From the human T2T-CHM13v2.0 reference genome, Homo sapiens: 64,000 nucleotides of DNA. Numbering within the stretch: position 1 is the first letter of the stretch; the number at the start of each line of letters is the position of its first letter. This document shows, piece after piece, positions 13,601 through 27,575 of this stretch. Both the position numbers and the translations under genes were made by a program. The DNA lies in NCBI RefSeq assembly GCF_009914755.1, contig NC_060937.1, one strand, 5' to 3'. Below the pieces are notes generated by a model. The model did not search any database. It saw only the letters and a program-made list of their open reading frames with translations, and was not told the origin of the DNA.

Positions 13601-15094
13601 ATTCATTGCTCATCAGCTCTTTTGTACTCTTTGCTCCTGAAATTCCAGACTGAGGAGGGGAAAAGGTGCTCAGAGCTGCATTTTAATGCATCTGGCAAAG
13701 AGTAGGATACTGACAAGGCACTTTTTAGCCACCTCCCTTTTTGTCAAAATACACATAATGACTGTTACCTTTTGAATGTTCCAAAATCACAGCAAAAATT
13801 CAGCAGAAGGTTTTATTCTTTGTGTATATATGTATGTGTGTTTGGCAGCTTTGATTATTAATTATGCTTTTAAAACCCAAAATTATAAAATACCAAAATG
13901 GTTTTTTCCATGCATTGCCAAAAAATTGCTATTTTCAATTTAGAGAATCACGTTCTGTGATGAAACATTTCAAAATCCATTATATTATTATTTTGATTAG
14001 TCTGAGGACATTGTGTTAAAAAGGCAATATATTTTATAAGCAGTTTTTACTCTCCATTTTCTAAGTACATTTCCCTTTCATGTAGTAACTGGTTTTTTTT
14101 TTTAAATGTAAATATATTTTCTCTTTGTTAAATGAAGGGTGTGAGTAATTAAAAGCTTAAAATACTAAATTCTCCATTTATATCTTTTTTAATTACCTGT
14201 TTCTTATAACTTCTCATTGGGCCAATTACTCCAAAGCACATATTATATCACACACAATAAGATGCAATTATAACATAGCAACCACTATCCTTCTGGTTGC
14301 AGAATGGTGGTAACACAGGTGTTTTGCTGTAATCTAAGAAACCTTTTGGGGCATGAAATCCCTTCTGATTATAATTTACTCATGATACGGAGTTAACCTT
14401 AAACATTGTAGAAACTTTAAATTATATATATGTTTCTGTGTGCTGGACTAGTAGAAAAATAAAATGATCATATTACAAGCTTAAATATGTATCCAATGGA
14501 GATACTCACTCAAAGATTAATTTGGGAACAAGAAGCCTACATTTCATCCTTGTCTACATAGCAAGTTCCTATATTCAGGAAAGGTAACAAAGGATTAAGA
14601 TTCAGGAGTCAGTCAGAATTGAGACCCATGCAAGGCTGATAGCCAGATAATAATCAAGAGTGTAATGTGTATCATACACAGACATGCATAGCAGTAATGC
14701 TATTAAATGCTACACGTATATACCATCTAGTAATGCTATATTTTATTGCATACTGTCTCTCTGTATGCCTATAATGTTTTATCCTTGTCATTTTCTGATT
14801 AGCAGAACTAGAATTTCCATTTTAGTTCTATAAATGGGAAATTTGAGGAGCAGAAAATTAAATGAGTCTACCCAGGTAATTTTATAGTAAATGATGCTTC
14901 TAAGAATAAAACCATCTTCAGATACCTCATCCAATCTACATTCCATTTGCTGTTTGATTTTTTAATTTGTTATTCATGCCACATTCTGTTTTTTGATATT
15001 TTGCTAGTTTTGATATGTGTCTTTTAAATTATCTTAAATGTTTCTTCACTAAAGGAGCATCCTCTGCCTTATCTTTTCTGTAGAGTAAGGGAAA

Positions 15095-15335
15095 AGAAAC
15101 TAACATTTCCCAAGTACTTAATATGTGTCAGACACTGTTCTAGGCACTTTGTATATATTATCTAACTTAACATAGTTATAATAGCTAAGTGAGTTAGATA
15201 TCATTATCACTGTTTTACAAAGGACAAGCAAATTCAGAGATGTCCAGTTATTTCTCCAAGCTCACAACTGGGAAGTGTTAGGGATTCAAATCTAAATTTT
15301 CCTGGTTCCAAAGATCATGTTCTTTCAATTACTAC
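15095..15335 (-). mobile_element. MIR SINE
   Basis: aactaacatttcccaagtacttaatatgtgtcagacactgttctaggcacttt..ttatcactgttttacaaa..gggattcaaatc. Confidence 0.75.
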
Positions 15336-15389
15336 ATACTCACTTACTCTTGTCTATCCTATATCTTAACATATACAGTCAAAATTATA

Positions 15390-16240
15390 CTGTCTTTTTA
15401 CATCTATCCCATGTTTTAGATCTCCAAATGTCTGTATTCAGTGGCCTTTTTCTGCCCACATATTCCTTGATTTCTGCATAACATTTGACACTGAGCTTCC
15501 GAAATCCTAAACATGCTTCCTTGCCAAGTCCTCCGCTCCCCTTCCCTGGCCACTCTTCCGTCGGCCTCGCCCTCAATATTCTCCCATCCCCAAAGGTATG
15601 TCCTTTCAGTCACCTCCATTCTCTGCCATAGAGATCTAATTCCTTTTCGTGCTTTAAACTTTCACTGTGTACAGATAATCCCAAAGGTACTTCTCTAGTC
15701 TTGTCTTCCTTCTACAGCTCTATATTCTTAGCTGCCTGCTCTGTTGATTAGCTCTTAGTATGCTTTGATTATCTCAACCAAGCTCATAATTTTCCTTTTT
15801 TCTAATTTCCTTTTAACTTCCCAATTTTAAAAGATGTCGTGATTCTAATCACCCAGGCCTTATTGCCCATTTGAATTACTTAGAAATTCTTTAGCTCAGC
15901 ATCAGAAGCCTCTCCCACCTCTTTAGCCTATTGGAGTTTATCTCCCATCTCCATCTTTGGCAGATCAACCATCCTTCAAGGCCCATTATCAGATATCATC
16001 TTTAGTAAGAGGCTCGCCCCAAACCAATCAAACGTGTGTATTTCTCACATCTTTGAATCTCCAATCAATTTGTACCTTCTACTATATATTTTATTGTAGT
16101 TTGTCTTTTATTATTTCTATAGTTGTCTACTCACTTCCTTAGACAGTAAACATCTTGAAGGCAGGAACCATTGTATCTTATACACATAGTACTTGGAATA
16201 ACCTTACAAGATACTTAATAAATATTTGTTGAATTGAGTT
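15390..16240 (+). mobile_element. L2 LINE fragments ending in the L2 tail
   Basis: Ends tagacagtaaacatcttgaaggcaggaacc..aataaatatttgttgaattga. Confidence 0.6.
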
Positions 16241-16644
16241 AAATAAAATTATCTGACAGTCTCAATCAAGTATTTTTAAAATATTTTTTCTTTTACATGA
16301 AAAAGCCTTTACTATGTTGAAATTTAATATTAACCTTTTGATTATTTGACACTCTTGAATGTATTTTCTTTCCTAATTTACATTTATACATTGCAATTTA
16401 TTATCATAATAGTTACCATTTAATGAGCATGTACTTCCCTTGGTACTTTGTTAATTCCGGATATATGGAGGTGAGCAAGTCCCTACCTTCATGAAGGTCA
16501 CTATTTCCTTGAGAAGATACTGCTCTTTTCATATGACATTTCATACCAACAGTCCTTTGTAGTTATATGTATGATATATGGAAAAAATTAAAAAGAGAAA
16601 TTAGAGCACTTTATTATATATTTAGATATATCTTAATCTTAATT

Positions 16645-16825
16645 ATATTAAATCCTTATAACAACTATAAAATGTAGGTACTATTTATCCCCATTTAACA
16701 AATATGGAAGCAGACTCTGAGAGTCAAAGGTACTTTTTCCAAATCACAAAAGCAGTAAAATGGCAGAGCCGGAAATGGAATTAAAGATGGTTTAAAGCCA
16801 AAGTCTGTGGTTTTCCACTGTGCCA
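16645..16825 (-). mobile_element. MIR SINE
   Basis: aaatccttataacaactat..tatccccatttaacaaatatggaagcagactctgagag..tggcagagccgg. Confidence 0.7.
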
Positions 16826-17974
16826 CATGGCTCTGCATATCCTTGTCTTAGCAAAGAGATGTTACATGACAGGAGCTCTTAACTGTAACTCCTGTATTTG
16901 CCTCAAACTAGAGGAGGCAGGGAACATTAGTCATAATTATGCCAGACGATGGTTAGAATGGTATTACTTGTTAAACTTAGGGAAAGCATACCCCCTGCAG
17001 TTTTATAAAAGGAAGGAAAATATCTTTCTACTTTTGTGCAAAATGCCCAATCAGGTTGAGCACACATGGTTGCCCTACTTGCTAGCAGCAGTCACAAGAT
17101 CCCAATTATTGATATAATTTGGGTCAGAGAGAATGTTTTCTGCATCCTACCGAGCTTTGATTTGGGGCGGTGTGGGGGGAAGGTTGCAGGATACCTCATA
17201 GAGGCTGACACTTTCCACTGCATGTGCTGCTGTGCAGATGATTATAAGAGAGCAATTCTTCATTCACCATAAGTCCAAATCAAACGTAGAACATGACAAA
17301 TAGAATTAGTTCCTCTCTTCCCTTTGCATTAAGCAAATTTGATGCTTCGTTGTGAAAGGAAAAAGCAAGCAAACATCAACAGATTGACTAATACAATTCT
17401 ACTTAGCCTTTCAAGCAATCTTTCAGACTGCCTCTTATGCCTACGTGTCTCTTTATTTATTCTTTTCTTCTTGTTTTTTAACTCCAAACTTCCTTTATCA
17501 AGACTTCTTTTGTCTTCCTTTCCTGTAAGCTGTTTTTAAATGTATTCTTTGTTTTGGGGAAAAGTAAAAATTTTCTGTTGGTTTCACATTACCCAAATTT
17601 CAAAATTCTAGTCCACATACTCATACAAAAAAATGATACTCCTAAGTTTTAGATAAGTTAGGATTTCTTTATTCAATTTCTTGCATCTATTAGATGATTC
17701 TAATTTTATGTTTCAACTTATAAACTTTTAAAGGTGGGATCATACAAGTCCCTTTCATTGACCTTATTACTACCCATCATGGTGACATACCCAAATGTTC
17801 ATATACTAGTGCTTTTGATTATAAAGATTTTCTTTTTATTTTCAGATTTTCTAGGCATTCATGAAATATTAGTTTCATTTATTTTTTAACATAGTTTTGG
17901 CCTTGTAAATAGCATTCAGTGTAATGTAGACATGAATATTTCTTACAGAAGAAATGAAGAGTATAATTCATTTA

Positions 17975-18620
17975 TTTTTTTTAAATTTTAAAGGGATACA
18001 TAATAATTATGCCTATTTATGGGGTACATGTGATATTTTGATACATGTATACAATGTGTAATGATCAAATCTGAATAACTGGGATATTACCTGAAGCATT
18101 TATCATTTCTTGTATTGGGAACATTTTGAATATTCTACCTATTTTGAAATATACAATACATTGTTATTAACTATAGTTACTCTGCTGTGCTATTGAACAC
18201 TAGAACTTATTCCTTCTATCTAACTGTATGTTTGTACCCATTAACCAAACTCTCTTTATCCCCACACCTCCTTCCCATCCTCTGGTAACTATTACTCTAC
18301 TTTCTTCTTCTTTACAGCAGTCCCCAACCTTTTTGGCACCAGGGATGGGTTTCATGGAAGATCATTCTTCCATGGACCCAGGGCATGGGTGGGGATGGTT
18401 TCAGGATGAAACTGTTCCACCTCAGCTCATCAAGTATTAGATTTTCATAAAGAGCATCCAACCTAGATCCCTCACATGCGCAGTTCACAACAGGGTTTGC
18501 GCCTGCTGGCCCATGGCTCACCTCCTGCTGTAAAGCCCAGTACCAGTCCATGGCCTGGAGGTTGGGGACTCTTGCTCTATAAGATCAACTGTTGTATATT
18601 TGTCTTTCTGTGACTGGATT
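17975..18620 (-). mobile_element. L1MA-type 3' end interrupted by MER1B
   Basis: tatttatggggtacatgtgatattttgatacatgtatacaatgtgtaatgatcaaatc..ctagaacttattccttctatctaactgtatgtttgtacccattaacc; L1 resumes after 18574. Confidence 0.85.
18315..18574 (-). mobile_element. MER1B (hAT-Charlie MITE), internally deleted
   Basis: Termini cagcagtccccaacc / ggttggggactcttg; body matches the MER1B reverse complement. Confidence 0.88.
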
Positions 18621-19714
18621 TGAAGAGCATAATTTAACCTGGTGATTTGATTAGGTAGAAGCCAAGCCTAAGGTGCCTACTATCCTAGTATCACTATAGT
18701 CACCATGTATAATAATACTTCAGTTAAAAAATGCCTTGAGATAAGGCAACCATGTCTCTTCCTATACCAGCGAGATTCTAACATTTCCTCTCATTAGCAC
18801 TGAGAAAGTTTTTATAGGATAAGGGACTGGAGAGAGGTTGAGAAGGAAGATGTGCCAGTGCTGATGCTAGCGAGGAAAAGGTTAGAGTATCCAGGGTTAC
18901 AGGAGCATGGTGCCAAGGACGTCATGCCACAGAAACTCTGAGGGACACCAACCAAGTGACCAGTGATCTCTCTCTCTTTTTTCCAACTAGCTTCAGGAAT
19001 TGATTCCCCTATTTCTCTCTTCCAGTACTATTATAGATTACTTTCACCCAGGGTTTCTTTTCCTTTTGACCTCAAAGAGGAAAAGAACACAGTCTTCTGG
19101 CGTCTCACAACTGTCCTCTCCCTTTAGCCCTCAGACTCCTTTAAACTTCTATTGGAAAATTCTAAGTCTTTATATCACTTCATTTTGAGAGCTTCTTCTT
19201 GAAACTTATGTATGACATACTATAAATGAAACTTTTTTCGGACGTATCTTTACTGATGAGGAAAATTTTTCATTGAGGAAAAAATCTTTTATTCCCTCAC
19301 ATGCCTTCTTTGTCCATAGAGAAGAAAATTCCACTCAAGCTTTTGTTGTTCTTCCCATGGGAAGGAAATTTCTGCTCTCATTTTCCAGAGCATTTTCATT
19401 GCTGGGTGTTGGAGGCCTTGTTTTGGTTTCAAATCACACTGAATTGATCAAGTCTTCCCAGGATAACCTTGCAATAAGGGAGGATAATATTAGATATTAA
19501 TTTTATTAATATTTATGAATAATTACTATTTAATATTATAGTCATTACTATTAATTTTTATGAAAAGTTCCTAGTTTTACATCTGGTTATTGTTCCCCTG
19601 ATGTACATTTCCTTAGTCAAAAACCCTGCAGGAAAAGGCAAAATGCGATAGGCTTTAAGCAGCAAAATTTCACCCACAGGTTCTAATTCTGATTCCATTA
19701 TTATTACAAGTATG

Positions 19715-20130
19715 AATATTCAGGAATCATTTGGTTGCAAGAAATAGAACTCAAACTAGCTTAATGTAAAAGATCATTTATTTTAAGCAATAGGAGTAGC
19801 TCATGAAATCCCATGACAAGAACAGGCAGAACCTGAGGAGAGACTGGAACTGAGGATTGGAAAGCCATTTGTCTGGATGTCTCCCCTTCTGGGCCACGTG
19901 GTTCTTTGTCTCTGCTTCTGCTTCATCGTTGTTTCTGCTCACAGATAAGATGTCCCTGGATCTCCCCGCTAGAAACCCAAAAGTCACTGCAGGGACATTA
20001 CAGAGACTGCAATTCACTGCTGCTCCATTACCAACTAAAGTTCCACTTTCAAATTCCAAGGAGAGGGAATTTGGTTGGTTTGCCTCGGCAACAAATGTTC
20101 ACCCTGGTCTAAATCAGCTCTGGTCAGAAA
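19715..20130. mobile_element. Old LTR (LTR33/MLT-like)
   Basis: tttggttgcaagaaatagaactcaaactagcttaatgtaaaagatcatttatt start motif typical of LTR33/MLT1. Confidence 0.5.
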
Positions 20131-20516
20131 GAAGTAGGGACACACCTCTGAGAGTATGGGAAAGCTTTTTTGAGAAAGGGGGCATGGTTGGTACATACAT
20201 TCCAAAAAGTCTCTCCCCTTTAACTATTTTGGTTCCTCCTTTCCTCAGTATACTATTCAGAAAGAAGAATGCGCAACCCAGTTTGGAGAAAGATAGGAAG
20301 ATTCTTAAATATGAACCCATCAACAGGGAGTCAGACAGAGAGGAGCAGGACATTCCATACAGACAGAAGGAACAGTGAGTGCAAAAGTACAGAGAGGCGA
20401 ACCACTTCTGAGAACAGCAGGGATTCAAGGGGATGTAGAGCAGTGGTATGAGGGGAACCCAGAGATGGATGCTGATACTCAGCAGCAGCATTTGCTATAG
20501 GATGCTGGGGGTGGTT

Positions 20517-20865
<349 letters not shown>

Positions 20866-20923
20866 TCAGAGTCTGGAGGCAGGGGCATTGGTAAGGGTTG
20901 CCGGAGGTTAGAAAACCACTAAG

Positions 20924-21262
20924 ATGGGGTCCCCACCCTCCCCTGCGACGGTACCAGTCTATGGCCTTTTAGGAACCAGGGCACCCAGCAGGAGGTGAGC
21001 AGCAGGCAAGGAAGCACTGCTGCCTGAGCTCCACCTCCTGTCAGATCAGCGGCAGCATGAGATTCTCATAGGATCGTGAACCCTATTGTGAACTGTGCAT
21101 TGGAGGGATCTAGGGTGCACACTCCCTATGAGAATCTAATGCCTGATGATCCGAGGTGGAACAGTTTAATCCCCAGACCACCCCACCCCCTCACCCCCTG
21201 GTCCGTGAAAGATTGTCTTCCGTGGAACGGGTTCCTGGTGCCAGAAAGGTTGAGGACTGCTG
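20924..21262 (+). mobile_element. MER1B (hAT-Charlie MITE), near full length
   Basis: ggggtcccc..cagcaggaggtgagc..gagctccacctcctgtcagatcagcggcagca..gattctcatagga..aaaggttgaggactgctg; ctaaga on both flanks. Confidence 0.9.
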
Positions 21263-23609
21263 CTAAGAGACTTACACAGCTTTATCAGTGAAAATAAAAA
21301 GAACAGATGTGAGAAATACTGTGGAGCTGGAATCAACAGGATTAGCCACCAGTTGGACGTAGAAAGGAAATGACAAGAATATTTACAGATGAGTCCCAAA
21401 TGTTTAGTTTGATGGCTTTATGAATAGTGTTGCCATCCACTAAGATAATGACAAAAACTTACTATTATTATAGTGACCACCCTTTCTGAGTACCCATTAT
21501 ATACAAAATACTGTGCCAGAAACCTTTCCATCCACTATTTAATCACTCTATTGTCCCCATGATTGATATTATTTTCACTGTTTTATATATAAGAAATGAA
21601 AGTCTTCAAGAATTTAGGTATGTTGCCTACATTCATGTAACTCAAGGTACAGAGTTAATTCTCATGCCCATTTCTGACATCAGAACCACCGTGCACTTGG
21701 GTTTGTTTTTCTTAAGAAAGAAGAACAGATTTTAAGGAAAATAGAAGTTCAGTTTGGACTTACTACATTGTGTTTCCTGTGAGACATTCAGCTGGAGAGG
21801 TCTAGTGGACATTTGACTATGGGTCTGCAACTTATGAGCAGTCTGGGCTGGACCCTTCGATTTGAGAGACAGCAGCTTAAAGTGGGAATTATGAGAGTGG
21901 CAGAAATCACTCAGGAGGAGGAAGCTGCCCAATGAGTTACTATGTAAAGCATACGCCTGCCTCTCCTGGGGGTTGTTTGACATCATAAATACACTGACAT
22001 ACAATTTTTCAAGGCATTCACTTTCAATTTTAGGAATCCCTTCTATATCAGTTATTATAGCCCTGCTTTTTAGATTTGTACTTTTTCTCTCTCTTTTCAA
22101 AAATATTTGCCAGGGATTTGTCTTTTCTGAGAACCAGTTTTTAGACTTCTTAAATTTTCACTTTTAAATTTTCTAATGATTTTTCTATTTATTTTAGCTA
22201 TATTTCCCTCTGCTTTTTTCCTTTGATTTTTTTTCTGCTTTTTTAAGATTTAAATTGAATTCCAAATTCATGAAGTTTTCTTTATAGTTGTAAGCATTTA
22301 AAAGTAAAAACTTACATTGGCTTTCTATTTTCATCACATTTCATGGTAATGTTTTAAATATTCACCATTTCCTAAATGCTCTATTACTGTGTTCATGCCT
22401 AAGACAATGACATTAACCCAAATGAATCTAATTGGTAGGATATCTTTGGTAATAAGGTCTTTCTTGGGGCACTGGAAAGAGGATAATGTAAAGCCTCACA
22501 TTGCTCCCTCTAGATTCTATACCACATGTTACCCACTCAACTCAGAATCCATAAGGAAGAGCTGTGCTACAGACTCAAAGAAAAAGAAAAAGATTCATCC
22601 TCTCTTTTCGAGTATGTTTCAAAACACCAAGTCAAATCTTTTGGTTAAGTTCCAAAGGAAAAAGTCAGCAATGAACATTGTGATCTGAGTGAGGATAGGA
22701 GCTCGGGGAGTGCCTCCAAGCCCTTGTACTGCCTTTCCCATCTGTTTTTCACTTTCTCCCATTCCCCCAAGTACTTAGTAGAGTTTTCCATTAAGCTCCA
22801 CTGAACTGAGCCATTCTCAGCAAAATAACTCCACAGGTTATTTATTGCGGTTCAAATAAGTTCCAAATCAAATTCTGTGTCATTGAATATCATTTTTAAA
22901 TTCCTTCAAGTCAGATTGGTATATTACATTGAGTTTGTCATATTTAACCAACAAACTAAAGCTAAACATTTTCCAAAGGAAAAAAACAAATGCTGAAATA
23001 CACCACTTGGATTTTATTTAATATTATTTAAAATAACATTAAACTAGAACATGTGGACATAAATTCTATAACTAAACTTACTGATTTATGTATCATAGAA
23101 AAGTAATAAAACAACTCTCTTCTAAATAAAGACTTATTTACACAATGTTAAATGGTCAGAAATACAGCACTTACCAGGATGTTCCTTGTCAGCACACAAG
23201 GTATTGCAAGAATAGATTACCTGGATGAATGATTCAGAAGCCTTTTATCTAGAGAGTCAATATAATAAAGATAGGACATAGTGTATTCTGGTCCCCATTG
23301 TGGATCCTTTTTTTAATTTAGAGAACTAAATTGATGTCATTTACTTAGAAGAATGCTCAATAACAAAATGTATTACTTTATCCTTTTAAATGTCCTACCA
23401 TTTTTCAGAGAATATTTAAAGCAAACTAATGCATATCAGAAATAAGTTATCTTGTTACTGTCAAAGGATATTAAATGTAGTTGCTTAATATATTTACTTA
23501 CCTTGCTTTAGTGCCTGGTATATCAAACCATTGAATGTCAATCAAGATATGCATTAAATCATTATAGAGATTAGTGGTAAATATTACTATATTATTAAAA
23601 TAAATTTGA

Positions 23610-23937
23610 GGCCAGGTGCGGTGGCTCACGCCTGTAATCCTAGCACTTTGGGAGGCCGAGGTGGGTGGACCACCTGAGGTCAGGAGTTTGAGACCAGCCT
23701 GGCCAACATGGCAAAACCCCATCTCCACTAAAAATACAAAAAATTAGCCAGTCGTGGTGGCGCATGCCTGTAATCTCAGCTACTCAGGAGGCTGAGGAAG
23801 GAGAATCACTTGAACCCAGAAGGCAGAGGTTGCAGGAAGCCAAGATCGCGCCACTGCACTCCAGCCTGCATGACAGGAGCAAGATTCCATCTCAATAAAT
23901 AAATAAATAAATAAATAACAAATAAAAAACAAAAAAA
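23610..23937 (+). mobile_element. AluSx-type SINE with (AAAT)n tail
   Basis: Full Alu consensus match; tail converted to AAAT repeats. Confidence 0.95.
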
Positions 23938-24005
23938 CTTGAGAAAACATTCCCATATTTAGAGGGAAGTGTACTCTATATGGGAACTCTGAGGCAGGAT
24001 ACTTG

Positions 24006-24333
24006 GTATCTTAGTCTTTTGGGGTCACTATAACAAAATACCTTAGATCAAGTTATTTATAGACAACAGAATTTTATTGCTTATAGTTGTGGAGGCTGGG
24101 AAGTCTAAGAACAAGGCACCAGCACTTTTGGTGTCTGGTGGAGGCTCTCTGCCTTATACATGGTGCCTTGTTGCTGTGTCTTCACATGGTGGAAGGGGAA
24201 GAGGGTTTCCCAAGCCTCTTCTATAAGGGTACTAATTCCTTCCCAAAGGCCCCACCTCTTAGGGATTACAGATTAGGTTTTAGCATATGAATTTCAGAGG
24301 GAAGGGAGAGACACGAACGTTCGGACCATAGCA
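24006..24333. mobile_element. MaLR solo LTR (MLT1A/MST-type)
   Basis: tatcttagtc..ctataacaaaatacct..ggaggctgggaagtctaaga..tcttcacatggtggaagg..ttcccaaaggccccacctct..gaccatagca. Confidence 0.8.
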
Positions 24334-24709
24334 CTTGGATTCCAGTCTCAGCTCTCCCAGCATTTAGACTTTTTGTGACCTTGATGAAATAAGTTAACAG
24401 TTCTAAGTCTTTCCTTCCTCGTTGGTAAAATGGGGATACAAATTCTTGTCCAGCCTATCAAAAAGTGATTTTGTGATGCTTAAAGTTGAATATTTGAAAA
24501 ATGTGTGGTATGTATATAGTTATATATTAAGAACTTCTACATTTTGTTTTGTAGATATTTTAAATTATTTTGCTATGAAACGGTCCAATCAGTAGAAAAA
24601 CCAACCAATGTCATGTACTCAACTGCCCAACTTTAACATTTCATAAAATTTGATATATTTGCTTCTGATCGTTTTTACAAAATAAAACATTAAAAAAATA
24701 CAAGTTTTT

Positions 24710-26350
24710 GGCCAGTGGCCCATGATTGTAATCTCAGCACTTTAGGAGGTCGAGGCCCGTGGATCACTTGAATCCAGGAGCTCAAGACCAGCTTGGGCAA
24801 CATGGTGAAAACCCGTCTCTACTAAAAATATAAAAATTTTGGTGATGCACGCCTCTGGTCCCAGCTACTCAGGAGGCTGAGGCAGGAGAATCACTTGAAC
24901 CCAGTGTCCTTGGAGTGTCACTTTTCCAGCTGGAAACCTCTGTGGCCTATGGTGCCTTTTCCCAAGTTTTGCTTGGGCCCACTGGGCTTGTTCTGCCCAC
25001 TCAGCCTGGCAGGCTATGCTAAGCTTGCACTACTGGCCCAGATCCCATGCCTGCCAAGGGCGAGCCAGGCACAGAGTGGTGAAGAATGTGTGAGCAAGTG
25101 CATGGTCCGGCCACCGTGCACAGCCAGGTGTGCTGGCTGTGGCAGGGCAGGCAGCTCCAGGCACTGGCACAGGTGCTGGCTCTGTATGAGACTAAGGCTG
25201 GAACAGGCATACTGCAAGTGGCTTCAATGATGGGCACCGGGAAATGCAGTGGCGACAAGAAGCTGGTAGACACCAGGAACCACAGAGCCCCAAAGAGAGT
25301 ATCACAACCATGGCTCAGGGAGCCCCTAGGTCTGGGCTCCCTGAAGGGCCCCAGCTCTTCTCTTCCTCTCTCCTTCTCTCTTCTCTCCTTCTTATCTCCC
25401 ACAACATGGCAAGCAGGGGCCATGTTTCAGCCCTGTTTGTGTTAACAGCTCTTTCGGTCATCCAGACTAATGTCCAGCCCTTAGCAGAGAGGAGACCCAT
25501 AAGAAGTGTGGCTGAGTCAGGTTATTTTATGGGCTCAGACGGGAGGAAGTACATGGTGATTGGTCCATGGGTGAACGTGGGCATGCCTGGAAAATGCACC
25601 ATCTGATCGGCCGAACGGTCATCAATGAAGTCTTCCCTCTGGGTTGTGGATTTCACCCGGAAGTGGCAGTCAAGCCTCCCGGCTTCAGGCCATTCCTGGC
25701 TTGAAGGTGGGGTTTCACCAGGGACTCTCCCCTTTCTGCCCAGGAACCCGTCTGCCTCCTGCCATCAGCATGCCATCCACAGCACCCAAGCTGTTTATGC
25801 TGAGAGGTGCCTGCAGGTGCATGTCGGGTTGCCTTCAGCTACCCCCAGCCTCCCTCCTGAGCTCCTGGGTGCCCAAAGTCCAGACGGGGCCCCAAGGCGG
25901 CGGAGGGCTGGCATGTCATTGCCACCCCAAGTACACACACACACCCGGCTGGGTCACAGCAGTGCCCAGGCTCAGCCACAGCCTTGTACTGTACCAGAAC
26001 GTGCTGGGAGCCAGGAGAGGCCAGGGAATGGGAACAGGCACTTCTGAGCCTGCGGGAGCTAGGGCTTCCAGGGCCCCTGAGAACATAGGGATGCCCAGGT
26101 CCAGAGCCACAGCTGGGCGGCTGTAGCTCAGTAGGAGGCGGGGCTCCCACCTGTTCCTGGCTCCTGCTGCATTGCCGAACACACAACTTCATCCGCACCT
26201 TCCGCGCATCAGCCGGAGGCTTCCCAGCAGCTGTTCTAGTCAGGCTGCCTCTGCCATCACTGGGAGGTGAAAGTTGCAGTGAGCTGAGATCATGCCATTG
26301 CTCTCCAGCCTGGGTGACAAAGCAAGACCCTGTCTCAAAAAATAAAAAAA
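24710..26350 (+). mobile_element. AluJb-type SINE split by an LTR (Alu parts 24710-24904 and 26260-26350)
   Basis: Alu stops at cacttgaacccag and resumes ctgggaggtgaaagttgcagtgagc; outer TSD aaaaaaatacaagtttt / aaaaaaatataagtttt. Confidence 0.92.
24905..26259 (-). mobile_element. MER52-type ERV1 solo LTR (1355 bp)
   Basis: TG..CA termini; minus strand starts TGATGGCAG; gctggaaacctctgtggcc..gttttgcttgggcccactgggc end motif; GC-rich; 4-bp TSD. Confidence 0.85.
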
Positions 26351-27389
26351 ATATAAGTTTTACCCCACAATGGTTCCATTTTGTTCCCTCTTTCCCTAGA
26401 AACTCCACATTATTATATGGATGCATTATCCTAATATGATCATGTTCAATTTAGGCTTCCTACTCAATTTTCAGTTTTTCATATATGCAACAATTTTACC
26501 CCAAGCATAAGTACATCCATTATGATGACATTTAATAGAAGGGCCAGGCCACTCACATAGATTTTCAGAAACACTGAATTTAGTCATCATCAAGAAAATC
26601 TGTAATCAAACTCTGTTTGTCTTTTTTTGTTCTCTTTCTGTGTGTTGATGCCAAACAGAAATAAAGAAGACATTCGTTTAAGTGCATTTACACTGTAAGA
26701 AAGATTGCTCATTGAAAATATTGATTTTTAATTATATCTTTGAGATAGGTAAATTAAGAACCAGAAGCAATTCCACAACTTGATAAAAACTACAATTGTA
26801 GGCAAATTTGGATGACAAATATGAATATTTACTGTATTGGGAATAAGGTTAATATTTTAAAACAAGGTTGACAGGAGAAAAATTGTCTTAGTTTGCAAAA
26901 GGAAATTTGTTTCTTTAAGTGAAAATTGGGGTCAGTAGGCCACAGCTCTTCTTGCTTTTACATGCCTGAAATGAATTAAATAATGCAGTAGCAAAGCAGT
27001 ACTGAGCAGACTAATGACAAAATTATACATTAAGGCTCAAAATCATTATACACTAGAAATACATATTTTATATAAGAAAACATGAAATTTTAAATGCATT
27101 CCCACTTCACCTCCATTATCTTAAGAGAGAAAAACTAAGTCATATCTTCTTATGTTCATTAAGGAACTCATGGTCTTTTTCTAGGGAGCAAGGGTGGTTA
27201 CTGGATTCTGTTTGCTGATTGTGATTTCAATGTGATTAAAGACTTATTCTTCATACAGTAGATGCAGTATCCAGCCCCATATGCTATTCAAAGTGAGTAT
27301 GGTATTATTTTATAGAGGGTAAATCTAATTTTGAGTTGTTTACCCTTCTTTGGATTCCTTTATGTGAAATAATGATAGTAAATAACTTT

Positions 27390-27575
27390 GTTAAACATGT
27401 ACTTACTATGTTCTAGGAATTGTGCTAGGTACCCTACACCCACTCTCTGATTCACAATACCCTTTGAGGCAGACATGATTTTCACCATTTTATAGATGAG
27501 GACACAGGCTCAGACAGGTTAAATAAGTTGACCAAAGTAACCAGGCTAGTAAGTGGCAGTTATTAGATGCTAACT
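27390..27575 (-). mobile_element. MIR SINE
   Basis: ccattttatagatgaggacacaggctcagacaggttaaataagttgaccaaagtaaccaggctagtaagtggcag. Confidence 0.8.

Noticed and set aside
19857-20378. 173-aa ORF
   Set aside because: Non-ATG start, overlaps an old LTR, no domain similarity.
24895-26426. Dense overlapping ORFs up to 195 aa, with a CpG-island-like appearance
   Set aside because: Explained by the GC-rich MER52-type LTR, which has few stop codons; ORFs occur in many frames on both strands.
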